Positions 1-12,830 of a DNA stretch of 64,000 bases are shown here, in pieces. Within the stretch, counting starts at the first letter, position 1. Each line of letters opens with the position of its first letter. The stretch is from Octopus sinensis (lineage: Eukaryota). Under the pieces are notes generated by a model. The model was given only the letters and a program-made list of their open reading frames with translations. It did no database searches and was not told where the DNA came from. The translations under genes were made by a program, and so were the position numbers. The DNA is taken from positions 76,570,001-76,634,000 of the forward strand of contig NC_043006.1 in assembly GCF_006345805.1 (NCBI RefSeq), given 5' to 3'.

Positions 1-650
1 TATATCTATACATTTTCAAACATTTAAAAATTACATTAATAACAACTTTTTTTCTCTTCGGCGATAAGACTGCTAGAAGATATTAACGTTTTTCAATGAA
101 CGTTTCCCATAAGTGTAATATATAAAATGGAAAGATTTCGCAGAATTTCAGCATGAAACAATCAAGATGCACTAAAAATATATTTTTGGGAAGATATTGA
201 AGATATTAGTTGTGTTTAATTTACTGGCTGATATTTCCCCTGATATGAAAGAATAAGTTTCAAACTACCTTAGTTAAGTTGTATATTTCCCGTAGCATTA
301 CGTCACAAATATTAGAAATACATTAATATAATATTAACAGTAGCTCTCGTAAACAGATCACCGACAATACTTCCTATGTTCAAATGGCTAAACATTTACT
401 TCCACACATTGTTGTGTTCAAATTTATTATTCACCTCTTCTCAGCTAGCAGCAACCAGAAGTATATTTGAGTTACTAAAACACGCGCATAACCCCCCCCC
501 CCGCAGTTACACGGACACACTCATTAGCACATGGACATACACGCACATACACACAATTGCATTGACCATCGTCTTTCTGCGGTTTGTTGATTAGAAATAT
601 TTTGCGAGTGTTGTTTCCTTGAAAAATAATGGCCATGAGATATAATTCAG

Positions 651-752
651 GTAAAATATGGAGAACGTCTCTTAAAACCAAATGAGATAGAAGACGCTGT
701 TGCTTGTGCCGAAATTAGGAAAACCCTTAGATATACCCGTATTGCAATTTAA
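651..752 (+). CDS. possible terminal exon (VKYGERLLKPNEIEDAVACAEIRKTLRYTRIAI*), product unknown
   Basis: Follows ataattcag; 33 open codons with protein-like composition. cag|gtaaaa could equally be a donor site. No homolog recognised. Confidence 0.15.
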   Translation, partial: VKYGERLLKPNEIEDAVACAEIRKTLRYTRIAI

Positions 753-2889
753 AACATTTTTGAAAAATGTGTTAGACTTTTAACATTTGTCTACATTTGA
801 TTAGTGTGAAGGTTCTCTTGGTGTCCATGGCAAAATGTTGCAAATGCTTCCCTGGACTGATAATCAAATTAAGAAATGTAGTCATCTCGCTCAGCGGCAT
901 AAAATATATTTCTATGTCTAGTTCTCTTTTCTGAAGCAATGTGAGTTTGTGTTGCCTCAAGGAATTTGCATTAGTTTAGATTAGTGTTATTTATTTATAT
1001 TATGTTAGCTTGGATTAGTGTTATTCATTTGTTTCTTTTAGTACAATTGTTACAAGTACAATTTCGTGGAAAATATTACTATACTAGTATATCTTTCGTT
1101 CATCACATATTTGGGACGTAGCACGGGATATTACGGATGACCTAAACAGAATCTAGCAGTAAGACAACAAAAGGCAATGTATACTTAATACTTCCGCGAA
1201 CTATCGTGTACTTTTTCAACCACAACAACAAAATTCCTAATTTTACACCTATGTCAATTGACGGGACAAACTAGAAGTAGTTCCCTTATTTGTGTAGGCT
1301 CTTAACTCTCAAATTTATACCTGCTTCATGAATCTCCTGTATTACAACTATTATTAGATCTGCAGCTATTATGCAGTGCGCATTTTACAATACGGTGCTT
1401 AAATGAATTTCTAACGCATGAATCTCTTTCTAAATTGACAAGTTTTACATTGGATCTAAATTGAAATACTTCCCACATGTTTGGGTGGTTTCCACCATAT
1501 ATGTTTATATACTTTTGAAAATCTCAAACAAGTGAATGTGTAGTGTGATATGATCAACACTTTCCGTGATATTGCTGGAGATAACAAGCGTTTCTTACAT
1601 TCAGTTTGTTGAGTTTCATTCCAAGTATTTTAGTCAAAACTTTTCTGTTTTGGAATTCAGTTTCCAGAACTTGCAATTCTATAGAAGTTGCAGTTTCATT
1701 TACTAATCGGTGTTGTTTTATTGTTTAGTGCATCTTAAATTGTGGACTGAATTGAAAACTTAATTTTCATCTGGATATGATATTGATATTTTTAAAATCC
1801 AAGGTTATCACGTACATTTTATAATAGTGTCTCTCTCTTTCACTTTAAAATTTTTATCAATATTTTTTATCGTCCCTTCATTTTATTAGCTCCTTTATAG
1901 CCATCCCATTATAAACTAGTTATTGCCGTCAGACTTTTTATAAATTCTTTTATTTCCATCTCATACCATTTCATTGAAATCTTTCATCAAATTTTTAACT
2001 GCCATCTTCTATTTGCTGCATTCAATATGCATATAATGAGAACGGTTGTGTGGCATTTTACATCCCTCCTTTCGTTTAATTGTTTGGCTTTAAAGTGACC
2101 TAATGGTCATGCTTGAGGTTAATACAAACAACCAAAAATACTTCACTACAATGGCAAGTTAATTTAGAAACTACTTTGATTGATAAATATGATGAACGGG
2201 TTCTGTCAAGAGATTCCTTCTCCATTTTTCTTGAATTGTGTCTAAAACGGGATGATTTCATTTGTTATTGCTCTTGCTGTTCTTCAATTGTCCGATGGAA
2301 AGATCTTCGAATAGAAAAATCAAACTTCATTAGGCAGCACCTTAATTATTTTTTTCTTTATGCTAACAGCAGAGTGGCAAATTAATGCAATCAAACTTTT
2401 TTCTGTTTTTCGTGTTTTTCTGTCATTTTCTCTATTTTTTCATCATTTGATTCTATTTTTTTTCAGTGTCTTTATAATACTATATGCCCATTATCTCTGC
2501 TGCTGTCTGTTGATATCAAGCTGCCTACCACATACATCATTTTGTTTCGGTATTTGTCAACATTGTATGGAGCACTGTCTCTTCGAAAAACGTGTAGATA
2601 CCGTCACTCTGAGAAGTTTTCGTACAAAATTTGCCAAAGAGACTTCGCTGCATCGGTCTTTGTAACGTACGAGTAGCTTCGTTAGTACTCGATTTTTGTA
2701 GTTATGCAGAATTTAGTTGGGTAGAGAAAAGCGTCCATTCTGTTTCTTCTGTCGTCTAACTGCATGTTGGCTGGTTCATAAAGAAAAGACCAATGATGTC
2801 GTTTGAGTAATATATAAGATAACTGTGCATTTGTGCATGAGATTATGTTTGTGCTTGTGTGTTTATATACAGATATGAATGTTGATAAA

Positions 2890-3015
<126 letters not shown>

Positions 3016-3094
3016 GTACATGCATACATACAGAGAGACAGACATATACAGGATGCGATGGGTATATTGTTGCCATTTAATATTTTTTATTTCG

Positions 3095-3882
3095 TGCATG
3101 CGCATTGATTGTTTTTGATTTTGTGGACTACACAGTATAGTGGGGTCCATTGGGCACCGTCTGTGAGAAAAACAGCACCATGACGCAATTCACTTTGCCA
3201 GAAATTTTGAAACGATATGCTGTACTGTTTGACATTCGCATCGGAAGCTCCAATTCAAACATTTCAGTGTTTGGGTGTAATTCTGAAGACAGTGCAATCT
3301 GAGAACATGTACCAAAAAAAATCAAACATCCAGTGTTTGGCGTGATTACTTGTGAGGGCGACGTTATGCTACCATCCATCTATCCATGCGCTCTTAGACT
3401 CAACACGGAGGCCTACATCAATTTCCTGGATCAAGTTGGTAGTTGCTGGAGGACCCTATGTCTGGCAACAGGATCCTGCACCATGCCACACAAGCAGGAA
3501 ATCCCAGTCATGGATGTCAGACAATTTCCGCGTCCACATCATCCTTAAAATCTGTCTACCTAACTCTCCAGACTGCAAACCCCTTGATTATTGTGTCGGA
3601 TGCAGATGAACGACAGACTAACAAAACTCCCTGTAACACCAAAGATGAACTGGAGGCAAGGATTGTGGCAACATTCACCAACTTAAACAAGGAGACAACC
3701 CTGAAGAGTTGAAGGAGATTTCGAGGTCAACTAAAGGCCGTGGTTGAAACCAACTGCGATTTTATTGAATAAATCAAGATATTTTGATGTAATTCTGGTA
3801 AATATATCTGTTAAAATGAGATGTCAGGTTTATTTTAATATTTGCGCTATTTAGAGAACAATTCATTTACCGCAACCTCTGT
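3095..3882 (+). mobile_element. internally deleted maT (DD37D) Tc1/mariner transposon
   Basis: Frameshifted transposase pieces FGVITCEGDVM, YVWQQDPAPCHTSRKSQSW and PNSPDCKPLDY. Exactly 37 residues lie between the second and third Asp. TIR-like end ttcatttaccgcaacctctgt at ~3862-3882. Confidence 0.85.
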
Positions 3883-3893
3883 GTGTTTGCGTA

Positions 3894-4285
3894 TACTCTT
3901 TACTATTTTCAGTCCTTTGACTTGACCATGCTGGAGCACCACTTTTTAGTCGAGCAAGTCGAGCCGAAGACGTATTCTTTGTAAGCCTAGTACTTATTCT
4001 ATCGGTCTCATTTGCCGAACCGCTAAGTTAGGGGGACGTAAACAGACCAGCATCGATTGTCAAGCGATGTTGGGGGGACAAACACAGACACACAAACACA
4101 TACACACACATACATATATAGATATATACGACGGGCTTCTTTCAGTTTCCGTCTACCAAATCCACTCACAAGGGTTTAGTCGGACCGAGGCTATAGTAGA
4201 AGACACTAGCCCAAGGTGCCACGCATTGAGACTGAACCCGGAACCATGTGGCTGGTACGCAAGCTACTTACCTCAGAGCCACTCC
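3894..4285 (-). mobile_element. tRNA-derived SINE family B (about 400 bp; probably the octopus OK family), full length
   Basis: Head ggagtggct...ggttccgggttcagtc, internal microsatellite, tail gtaaagagta. Homologous to 25933-26309 and 56311-56729. Confidence 0.9.
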
Positions 4286-4304
4286 AACGCCTATGTGGAA
4301 AGAA

Positions 4305-4311
<7 letters not shown>

Positions 4312-4361
<50 letters not shown>

Positions 4362-4388
4362 CAGAGAGACAGAGAGACAGAGAGAGAA
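4312..4388. repeat. (AG)n microsatellite
   Basis: Direct inspection. Confidence 0.95.
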
Positions 4389-5193
4389 ATAAATAAACTA
4401 ACAGATGAAATGTACGTGTACACTTAAATTCTAGAAAAAAGAATGCATGAAATCACGGAGCCTTTTAAGCAACGTGTGCAAAAATTTAGTGCAAGCCGCA
4501 TCTTTTTTATGGTTCCCTTTTATTCTTTTGCACATCTTTTGTGATACAAGATGAGCGTGATACACTCTTCAGATAACATGTTTCCACTTTCGTTTCGTAT
4601 GTTACTTTTCGCCTTCGGAAATACTTTGGTTTATTTCTCCCTTCTTTTCCGACAAACATCATATGCCATTCTAAATATATCATCAATCCTCACGTGTTCA
4701 TCAATAATATTATGGGGGAAAAAAAAAGGACCAGTCTGACAAAAGCCAAATGTCAATACCTTTTGTGTAATTCAAATCATGATAAAAATCATGCTACACG
4801 TGTTACGCTATGTACAGATTTGGTAGTCACATAAGGGTTTTCAATTTTCGGGGCGTTACTGCTCCTATATATTTATAGTTCTTGCCATATGTCACAAGGC
4901 TCTCTCGCATGATTTCGTTGTTTTAGAATGTTAAATATTCATGCGATTGTTTATAGCAAACATAGTTTTCTATTAATAATTCATCTTTGAACTTCACATC
5001 ATTTCTCATTTTCTTCAAGCAAATATAACATTTTTCATTGTTCTTATTGAAAGAGGTATATTATATTTTTGACAGAACAAAAGGTTCTTTTCTATCGTCT
5101 ATTCCTGGCTCTGCAATGAATAACTTGTTTCTAGGGATATAATTGAAATGCTAGGTATACAACTGTGTAGACATGTGTGCGAATTCAACGCTT

Positions 5194-5237
<44 letters not shown>

Positions 5238-5799
5238 ACACGCACACAGAGTTACACATACACAGACACACACACCGATATAAATATTTTTATACATGCA
5301 TATATATGTATGTATGCATGTATGTATGGGTGGTGTATATATGTATGTATCTGTGTCTTTAATTTATTTATAAATGAAAATCATGAGTTTTGAGAACAAA
5401 TAATACAGTTCGATGGTTTTTACTTTTTACCTGGTATTCAATATTTCGGTGTTTGGACACTTCGTCAGCGTATGTTCGGAGAAAAGGTGTTGTAAACTGA
5501 ATTTTCTGTTCTGTTGTGTCAGCCAACAACAGCACCATTTCTCCGAAGATTCCCTAAAGGAAGAAACCATTGATCTGAAATATTAATTTTTATGAATTGC
5601 ATTCTTTGGTTTTATATAAATAATTAAAAACATTTTATCAGGCAGTAATTTACGAAGACTATACAATTCACCCGCTCTGCCTCTGTCTGTATGTCTCTGT
5701 ATATGTGCGCGTGAGAGAAAGACAGAGAGATTGAGAGAGAGAGTTCAATTTTATAGAAAACAATAGAGGAAGACAGTTGAGGGAAAAGCAAATAGCTGG

Positions 5800-5915
5800 T
5801 TTAGTTTGACGCTCGGGAAGTATGCAAAAGTCTTCTACGTTTCGAGCCTATGACCTTTGACAGAAAGGAATAAGAGGAAATAATCAAAGAGGGAATGAAA
5901 AAAACGGAGAGAAAA
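5800..5915 (-). mobile_element. short Penelope-type terminal-repeat relic (family F), degenerate
   Basis: Homologous to 57023-57180 (gtcttct/ttaacgtttcgag...cagaaaggaa). Minus strand carries cgaaacgt. Confidence 0.45.
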
Positions 5916-5959
5916 AACTATATGTTTATTCCTTTCGTCTTTTATCTTTTATTAACTTT

Positions 5960-6270
5960 GGTTATCAAACTGCGATCATCCTGGGGCACCACCGGAAAGC
6001 GGTTAAGTGTTGGAGTGGGAACAAACATAAACGCATACACATACCCGTACACACACAGGAAACATGCACATATACACACAGACCCACCCACGCACACGCA
6101 CACATATATATGTATATGACGGGCTTCTTTCAGTTTGCATACACATAATTCACTTGCGAGGCTTTGGTCAGCCCGAAGCTATAGTAAAAGACATCACTTG
6201 CCCAAGTACCCCATGGTGGGACTGAATCCAGAACCATATGGCTGTGAAGCAAACTGCGTTACCACATATG
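5960..6270 (-). mobile_element. SINE family B, degenerate
   Basis: gacgggcttctttcagttt...cacttgcccaag...gggactgaatccagaaccatatgg. Confidence 0.75.
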
Positions 6271-6470
6271 CATGTATATCTATGACTGAACATATGTTTG
6301 CATTTGTCTCAACAGTGCTTGGTATCCAAAGGGGTTTTACACCTCGGAATTTAGTGTTTCAGTCAGTATCAGACTTAAAGTGACTAAGAACTGGCATCTA
6401 TATGATAGACTTTACACTTCAAGACAGGCCCCCAGAATGGCCGCACTCAGATTGCCGAAGCGATATTAGG

Positions 6471-7262
6471 AATTTCTTCATTAGCGACAAGGGCCGACAA
6501 AAATAGAATTGGACATTACATACGAAGGACACAGTGGGGTTACATAAAGTGTCGTGTAAAAAGTCAATAAAAACGGAAAATATAACAAAGAAAATGTCTA
6601 AAAGAGGCAAACATCTCTGGGCTACTTATGAAGACCTAACGAAAAATCCACAAGCGCCACGACCACTAGGGCAATAGCCATTTCCCCATCTTCCTCTCAC
6701 TCTTACCCTCTCTCACTCTCAGTTTTGGAAGCTCAAAAGCGCATGTTCAAAGGGGACTAGCTTTGCCACATTCACCCACCTATTAACAAAATTGCTGGAA
6801 GTTAGTACTTCTCTCTCAAACCTCGTTTTCCTTTCCAGATGGTGTCGGAAAAATTTGAGGTGGGGTAGGCCAAAGAGAAAAGTATTTGTTTTCGGCCCTT
6901 TCAATCTAGACCACCATACAACATATTTTGCTTCAGCCACGAAACAGATGAAAATTGCCTTCTCTTACCGGCCAAAGGAAGGCAGCGGATAATCTTCATG
7001 ATGGAATCAGCCGACAAGCGGGCACGTCCAACACGCGACAGCAGGTGTGCAACATAAGCTCATATATCGGATATTCTTGGAGACTGGGCAAGTGCATGCA
7101 CAACAGTTTTGTCGCTCTACGCCCATCACAGGCAGTTCCAACTGACGGCACTTCCGTGCTTGTAGGTTTTTCTCGAACAGACAGAGCTCCCCTGTAGCAC
7201 TGCCAGACCAGGGATTTCTAGAAGTTATTCATAGGCCCTGGACCAACAGCCTTCCGGAACAC
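6471..7262 (-). mobile_element. 3' part of an L1/Tx1-clade LINE (ORF2 C-terminal Cys/His region plus 3' UTR)
   Basis: Minus-strand pieces KSLVWQCYRGALSVREK, DKTVVHALAQSP and VVWWSRLKGPKTNTFL...RWVNVAK. 3' UTR ends ggcccttgtcgctaatgaagaaatt. Confidence 0.75.
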
Positions 7263-7468
7263 TAAATGCTATGGGTTGATTAGCATTTAGTAGTAAGGCG
7301 TAGCAGGATTCTTATGTCCCGTAAAGCAAGCTGTGCAGAAGAATATATTTGCATACATACATATATACATACATACTTACATACATACATACATAGGTAT
7401 ATGTGTATATGTGTTTGCATAGATGTATATGTATATGTTTATATATATATATGTATATATGAATATAA

Positions 7469-8131
7469 AATTAGTGTACATTTAAACACAAGTGGGGCGG
7501 CCTTTAAAAGGCAGCCTTACACGCTAGAAGCAGAGTCAAAACGACCAAAACCACATTTAAGATCAATATCGAAGGCATTCAAAAATAAAAACCTTTACCT
7601 TGCTTTTAAACAGCCATACCTAGATTTCAAACTATAATTAGCAAAAACATTACGCCAAAACACTAACTTGTAATTTAGAGACTGAATAACACGTGTTTCA
7701 TCGTTATAGTTTATAATTATTCAAATTCACCGCGCAAGCGCGGTTTCAGCCTGCAGTAAGTGTGAGGATGCCGGGTTATTTTTATAAAGTTGTTAAAATC
7801 ATATTCCTAAAATATATAGGGTAGCGAGTGTTTTAGAAATTTCACTACCAGTGGCCTAGCATGTATAAAAAGTCAATAGACAACATATTCTCCATATACA
7901 ATTAGTGTACAGTTAAGCACAATAGAAGCGGCCTTTATCAGGGAGCCTTACACGCTAGAAGAAGCAGGCAAACGACCAAAACCACATTGAAGACCAATTT
8001 CGAAGGGAATGAAAAATAGAAATAAAAACTTTAACTTTGTTTTTCACTGCCATACCTAGGTTTCAAAGTCTAATTAGCAAATGAAATAATTTGCTAGGGG
8101 GAGGTCTCATTAGTGGCTACGCCAAAACACT
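7469..8131. repeat. diverged direct repeat pair (7469-7664 and 7900-8131)
   Basis: Both copies start aattagtgtaca, share gccttacacgctagaag and aaacgaccaaaaccacatt, and end tacgccaaaacact. Confidence 0.85.
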
Positions 8132-8176
8132 GTATATAAGTATACACACACACACACCACACACACACACACACAC

Positions 8177-8270
<94 letters not shown>

Positions 8271-8272
<2 letters not shown>

Positions 8273-8421
8273 GGAGTAAACACATAAATGTGAAACAAGG
8301 TGGAATAAAGAGTACTCAAATACCAGTGGTAGAGTAATATGCTTTATTTAAAGCAGCAGAAAATTCAACAAAACCTGTTACTCTGAGTTTCCCGTTGTCG
8401 TTCATCGGACAGTTTTTGCTA
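8271..8421 (-). mobile_element. (TA)n-flanked 150-bp element (family E) with a hammerhead-like motif carrying a U4C change
   Basis: Homologous to 12831-13042. Minus strand reads aaaaactgt-CCGATGA-acgacaacgg-GAAACTCAGAGTA-acaggtttt. Confidence 0.75.
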
Positions 8422-8503
8422 GATTGTATATATACATATATATACATATATACATACATATATTTGTGTGTGTATATACATATATATATGTATATATACA
8501 TAC

Positions 8504-8548
<45 letters not shown>

Positions 8549-8953
8549 TACATACATACATGCATGCACATATATATGCATATAGTTGGGGAGTAGTATT
8601 ATGTAAGTGTATACGTGAATTTAGTTGCCTAATCGGTATCAGGATGTCTTGCTTTATTAGAACCAAAATCAATATTGGATTCGATTATACTGAAAGTAGT
8701 TGGTTTTCGAAATTTTTGTCTTGATCGATAGAAAAGGCAGCCTTCAATTTTTTTGATATTCATGAAAAATGTATATGTTAACTGCAATTCTAACTATATT
8801 TGATTACCTCATCTTGGTGCATTTAATTGGTTTTCAGTCTTTTTTAGAAAGCACATTTGACAGTAGATATTATGAGTGTGGGCGTGTATCTGTGTTCATG
8901 TATGTATTTAATTATGTATATGTATATATATATATTATATATGCATACATACA

Positions 8954-9019
<66 letters not shown>

Positions 9020-9091
9020 TAGATATAGATATAGATGTATGTATGTAGTATAAAGTTTTAGTACGTGAACATATTTCTTCATTCTCGATGT

Positions 9092-9307
9092 TTAGAAAAT
9101 GAAAGTGTTATACTTCAACGTCTCTACGTCTCTGAATTTTTATTAGTTTAATCTTCTACCACAGACAGGTGCTACATTCGTTGTCGTCATTACAAATGCT
9201 ATGTAGTCATAAATATTAGAAACGCTGTCATCTCTGAAACTGAAGATAAACGCCCCCACACTTACAATCGTCTTAACGCTGACGTATCTAAGAATTTTAC
9301 TAAATAA
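9092..9307 (+). pseudogene. possible FLYWCH-like zinc-finger relic (Mutator-like transposase N-terminus)
   Basis: One internal stop: LYVSEFLLV*SSTTDRCYIRCRHYKCYVVINIRNAVISETEDKRPHTY. Cys/His spacing resembles FLYWCH. Confidence 0.3.
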
Positions 9308-9472
9308 ATTGAACATCGTACAATATATTACGTTTATGCTTTTTCTCAGTTTTGAAAATCTAAGATACACTGTATAGTTACCAAAATTATAATCATGTCA
9401 AGAATATTTTAAGGGCAAATTTAATGAATTTCTTAAATAAAGTGCTTCGTCCATGTCTGCAATGCTAATCTG

Positions 9473-9701
9473 TTTTTTTATTACCCACAAGGGGCTAAAC
9501 ATAGCGGGGACAAACAAGGACAGACAAACGGATAAAGGCGATTACATCGACCACAGTGCGTAACTGGTACTTAATTTATCGATCCCGAAAGGGTGAAAGG
9601 CAAAGTCGACCTCGGCGGAATTTGAACTCAGTACTTAGCGGCGGACGAAATACGGCTACGCATTTCGCTCGGCGTGCTAATGTTTCTGCCAGCTCGCCAC
9701 C
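9473..9701 (-). mobile_element. tRNA-derived SINE family A (about 235 bp; possibly octopus OR2), full length
   Basis: Head ggtggcgagctggcagaaac...gagttcaaattccgccg, core cctttcaccctttcgggatcgataaattaagtaccag, tail tttagccccttgtgggtaataa. Confidence 0.9.
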
Positions 9702-10659
9702 GAAGCCAGCTCGCCACCATTCGGAGATATATCGCCACGTCAATAGTAATGCACTCTAGTGAACCTAACATTCCCAAATAATCTGTTAAAGATAGAGTTT
9801 GATTTTAAAGAAGGTAGTAAAACTGCATACATTACCTATATAAACAAAATTCACAAATTTACGTAATTTAATTGTTCGATGTCTTAGCTTCACGCGTATT
9901 TAGCTCCGACTGAAGAAATTACAGGTTCAGATACAGAAAACTAAATATAAATCAGCGTCAAATGAGCTAAGTTAATCTAAATGCTTCGATGCAAACACAC
10001 ACGTTTAATGATGTAAGATGTAAATTTCTGAGAAAAGAGTGCACCTAACAGGAAATGCACCCTTTCTAAGAATCATCCATTTCCTCAATTCAAATGCATT
10101 CATCAAAATGTATTTTAATAAACAATACATTTTGATTGCATGAATTAGAATAACAGGAGAATTGCATTGGAAAATCCAGAATTTTCTTGAAAACATTAAA
10201 GCTATGAATAAATTTTCAAGAACCATCTTCATCCTGCTGTATTCAACGTTTGTTAAGGCGATGAGAATTCAGCTATTCAACTACCTTAATCATATTTCCG
10301 CCATTTACAATCAAGCTTTAATTTATATTTTTTCCATTTAAACTTTTAAAAATATCCTCTCGTCTACGCAGGAGGTTGAGTAATGCACTAGGAGGAATAA
10401 GTCATTTATATTCTACATATATTAAACAAAAGTCAGAGCTCGGATTCCTTTTCATTGGTCTCACTGAAATCTATGCCATATTTAATTTACATTCGGCGTT
10501 CTCACCCATATATACAGCTACGAATTGAAAGCCTGTCAAACTGAAATTGCTCATACTTCTGTATTTAATGTACTTGGGCTTTATTTTCATGTTATATAAT
10601 TTTCTAAATAAATATTTCGTTTTACATCAGGGCCACAGCGCAAGACCAATTTTATTGAA

Positions 10660-11818
10660 TATTGGGTTGGTCAAAATGTCCTTCAGATTTTTCAATTGAA
10701 AATAATACACGAGTTTTAAACACAAACCGATATATTCATTCAAAGATATAATTTCAGTTTCGTCCCAGTATCTTCTATCGTCTTTGTGGTCAGACCCATT
10801 GTTCCCTACTAAAGACTTCTTGTCTTAAATGGCGAAGAAAAGAAAATATTCCAATGAATTTGGAGGGTGAGAGAAGTGGAAATCTAAAGGCGCCAAATCA
10901 GGTGAATATGGAGAGCAGAGCAAAATTTCTCAGGCAAACCCCAATCAATTCTGGGGCGTCTGTAAAAAAGCTTGCGCTCTAATATTGAATCGATGAAAAA
11001 CACTACCCTTACGATCAGTAAGTGTTATTCAGCTGGTCACATCACGCATCTGGATTAGTGGGCTTTACCATGGAAAGAAGCTTGTAAAAGAAATACTCCT
11101 TCCAATCTAAACACAATTCCGGCTTTGGAAGTTGTTTGGAGATGATTCACCACACTTCCTCCACCATGTTTTTGCTCCTCACATTGTTAAACCCATTTTT
11201 CTTCTCTTACCCCACCTCTGTTCAAAACATGATCGTTTTCTACACGTTTCTGCTTGAAATCTCAAATGGAAATCCGTTGAATGAGGTTAGCCTCATTCAA
11301 ACGTTGTGGGTCACAAACATCGAGCCTGTCCATTTTATAAAACCGATGCAGATAAATTTACAACACTTAATCTGGATATCTGGAGCCGATCTGCGATGAT
11401 CTTGGTCGTATAACGGCGGTTGGTGTCGATTACCTCACTCATTTCATTGCTATGAATCGCAATTGACCAACTAGAGCGAGGAAGAAAATATTTTTCGATC
11501 GGAATTCTGAAAACCACTTCCGACTCATATGTTCCGTAGTAGCATATATGTTGCTGCAAGTTTCTGCCGCTCTCCTGCCCTTCTTTTGAATAACACTATC
11601 ACGTGGCGTTAACAATGCTCATTTTGTTCTCTCCATTTCCAGGGTGACTCCAAATACACTAAATACAACCTGATTCGTCTCAAAATTTGCATCAAAATAC
11701 GTTGAAGTGTCGGGTACCTAACGATTGCGCATGCACAAAGGACAGACTCAAGTTAGCTACTTATAGAGTATTTGGAGCTTAGTTTCGACAAGAATCGGAC
11801 AATTTGGCCGACCAAATA
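10660..11818 (-). mobile_element. near full-length degenerate mariner (DD34D type) transposon
   Basis: Imperfect TIRs tattgggttggtcaaaatgtcc and ggacaatttggccgaccaaata. Minus-strand motifs LDVCDPQ (WVPH box) and SPYSPDLAPLDFH. Confidence 0.85.
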
Positions 11819-12274
11819 CTTCTGATTGGAAAAATCAGATGAATAATTTAAATTTCTTTAAGGTTGCAAAAAAAGCACTGTTCTAAGGCGGTACATTGAT
11901 GAAACCCTAATGATATTTGTTCAAGTTTTGCGATAGTTGTCCCAATCCTCTGCGTTTTGAGTTCAAATACTGCTATGTCTCACTTGGGTGGTAGAATTAC
12001 TCGTGGCCCGGCACCTAGTTTAACACCATCACTCAGAACCTTGGTTCCCTTTCATGGAATCCATTACTTTTTAAGCATATGGGTCAAGTTTTCGGTCGGA
12101 AGATGCCTCCTCCCTTTCTCTCCTTTCGTCAGTATTGGACCCTGTGAAACTGTTTAAGACTACAAATGTACCGCCTGATTAAAAAATAAGCATCCAACTA
12201 GGTCACATGATTTGGTAAGTGCATTACTAGCTGAAAACATTTGGTATTATCACCCATGTATATATATATATATA

Positions 12275-12613
12275 CAGGGTGTCCCAGAAAGTGTTACCCA
12301 TGTTCAAAACATTTTCTAACTAAAAGAATAAAAGAATATCGGTTTAGGTAATAATATCTACAATCTACATAAAGATTTGCGTATATCTTTTGATCATGTG
12401 CCTATTGTTTCGTTCGTCTATAACAGGTGTCTAAACAAACATGTCTTCGAAAAGAAATCGTGAACAGATTGTCGCTTTGAAAACAGCTGGAATGATCAAA
12501 AAGGATATAACAAAACAGTTGAATGTGCTTAGTAAAATAGTGTTCAATAACTTAAAATAATATACGGAGTCTGCTACTACCTCTAGCAAGCCAATGCCTG
12601 GTAGTAAACGATC
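12275..12613 (+). mobile_element. 5' fragment of a Tc1/mariner-like transposon
   Basis: ta|cagggtgtcccagaaag TIR. ATG at 12441 gives the HTH-like MSSKRNREQIVALKTAGMIKKDITKQLNV...PGSKRS. Confidence 0.7.
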
Positions 12614-12830
12614 CCAGCCTCAGCACAGGACGTTCGCCTGCTAGGTATGGCAGCTATCCGTCCTTACTCGCAATATATAAAGAAGAGACACCTAGAAACC
12701 GCCGGGTCTACTAGTTTTGCTATGCTGGAATGGGTTTCGTTCGTTCTCTTACTCGCTATAAGACACACAGGTTGTGTCGTTAACCAGCGGGAAAAGATGT
12801 TTACCTGATATATATATATATATATATATA

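Noticed and set aside
1500-2830. A-rich minus-strand region that may be a decayed retroelement ORF
   Set aside because: Many stops and no diagnostic motif recognised
4525-4600. CUGAAGA plus a hairpin on the minus strand as a hammerhead
   Set aside because: It is followed by AAAA rather than GAAA, and no stem I can be formed
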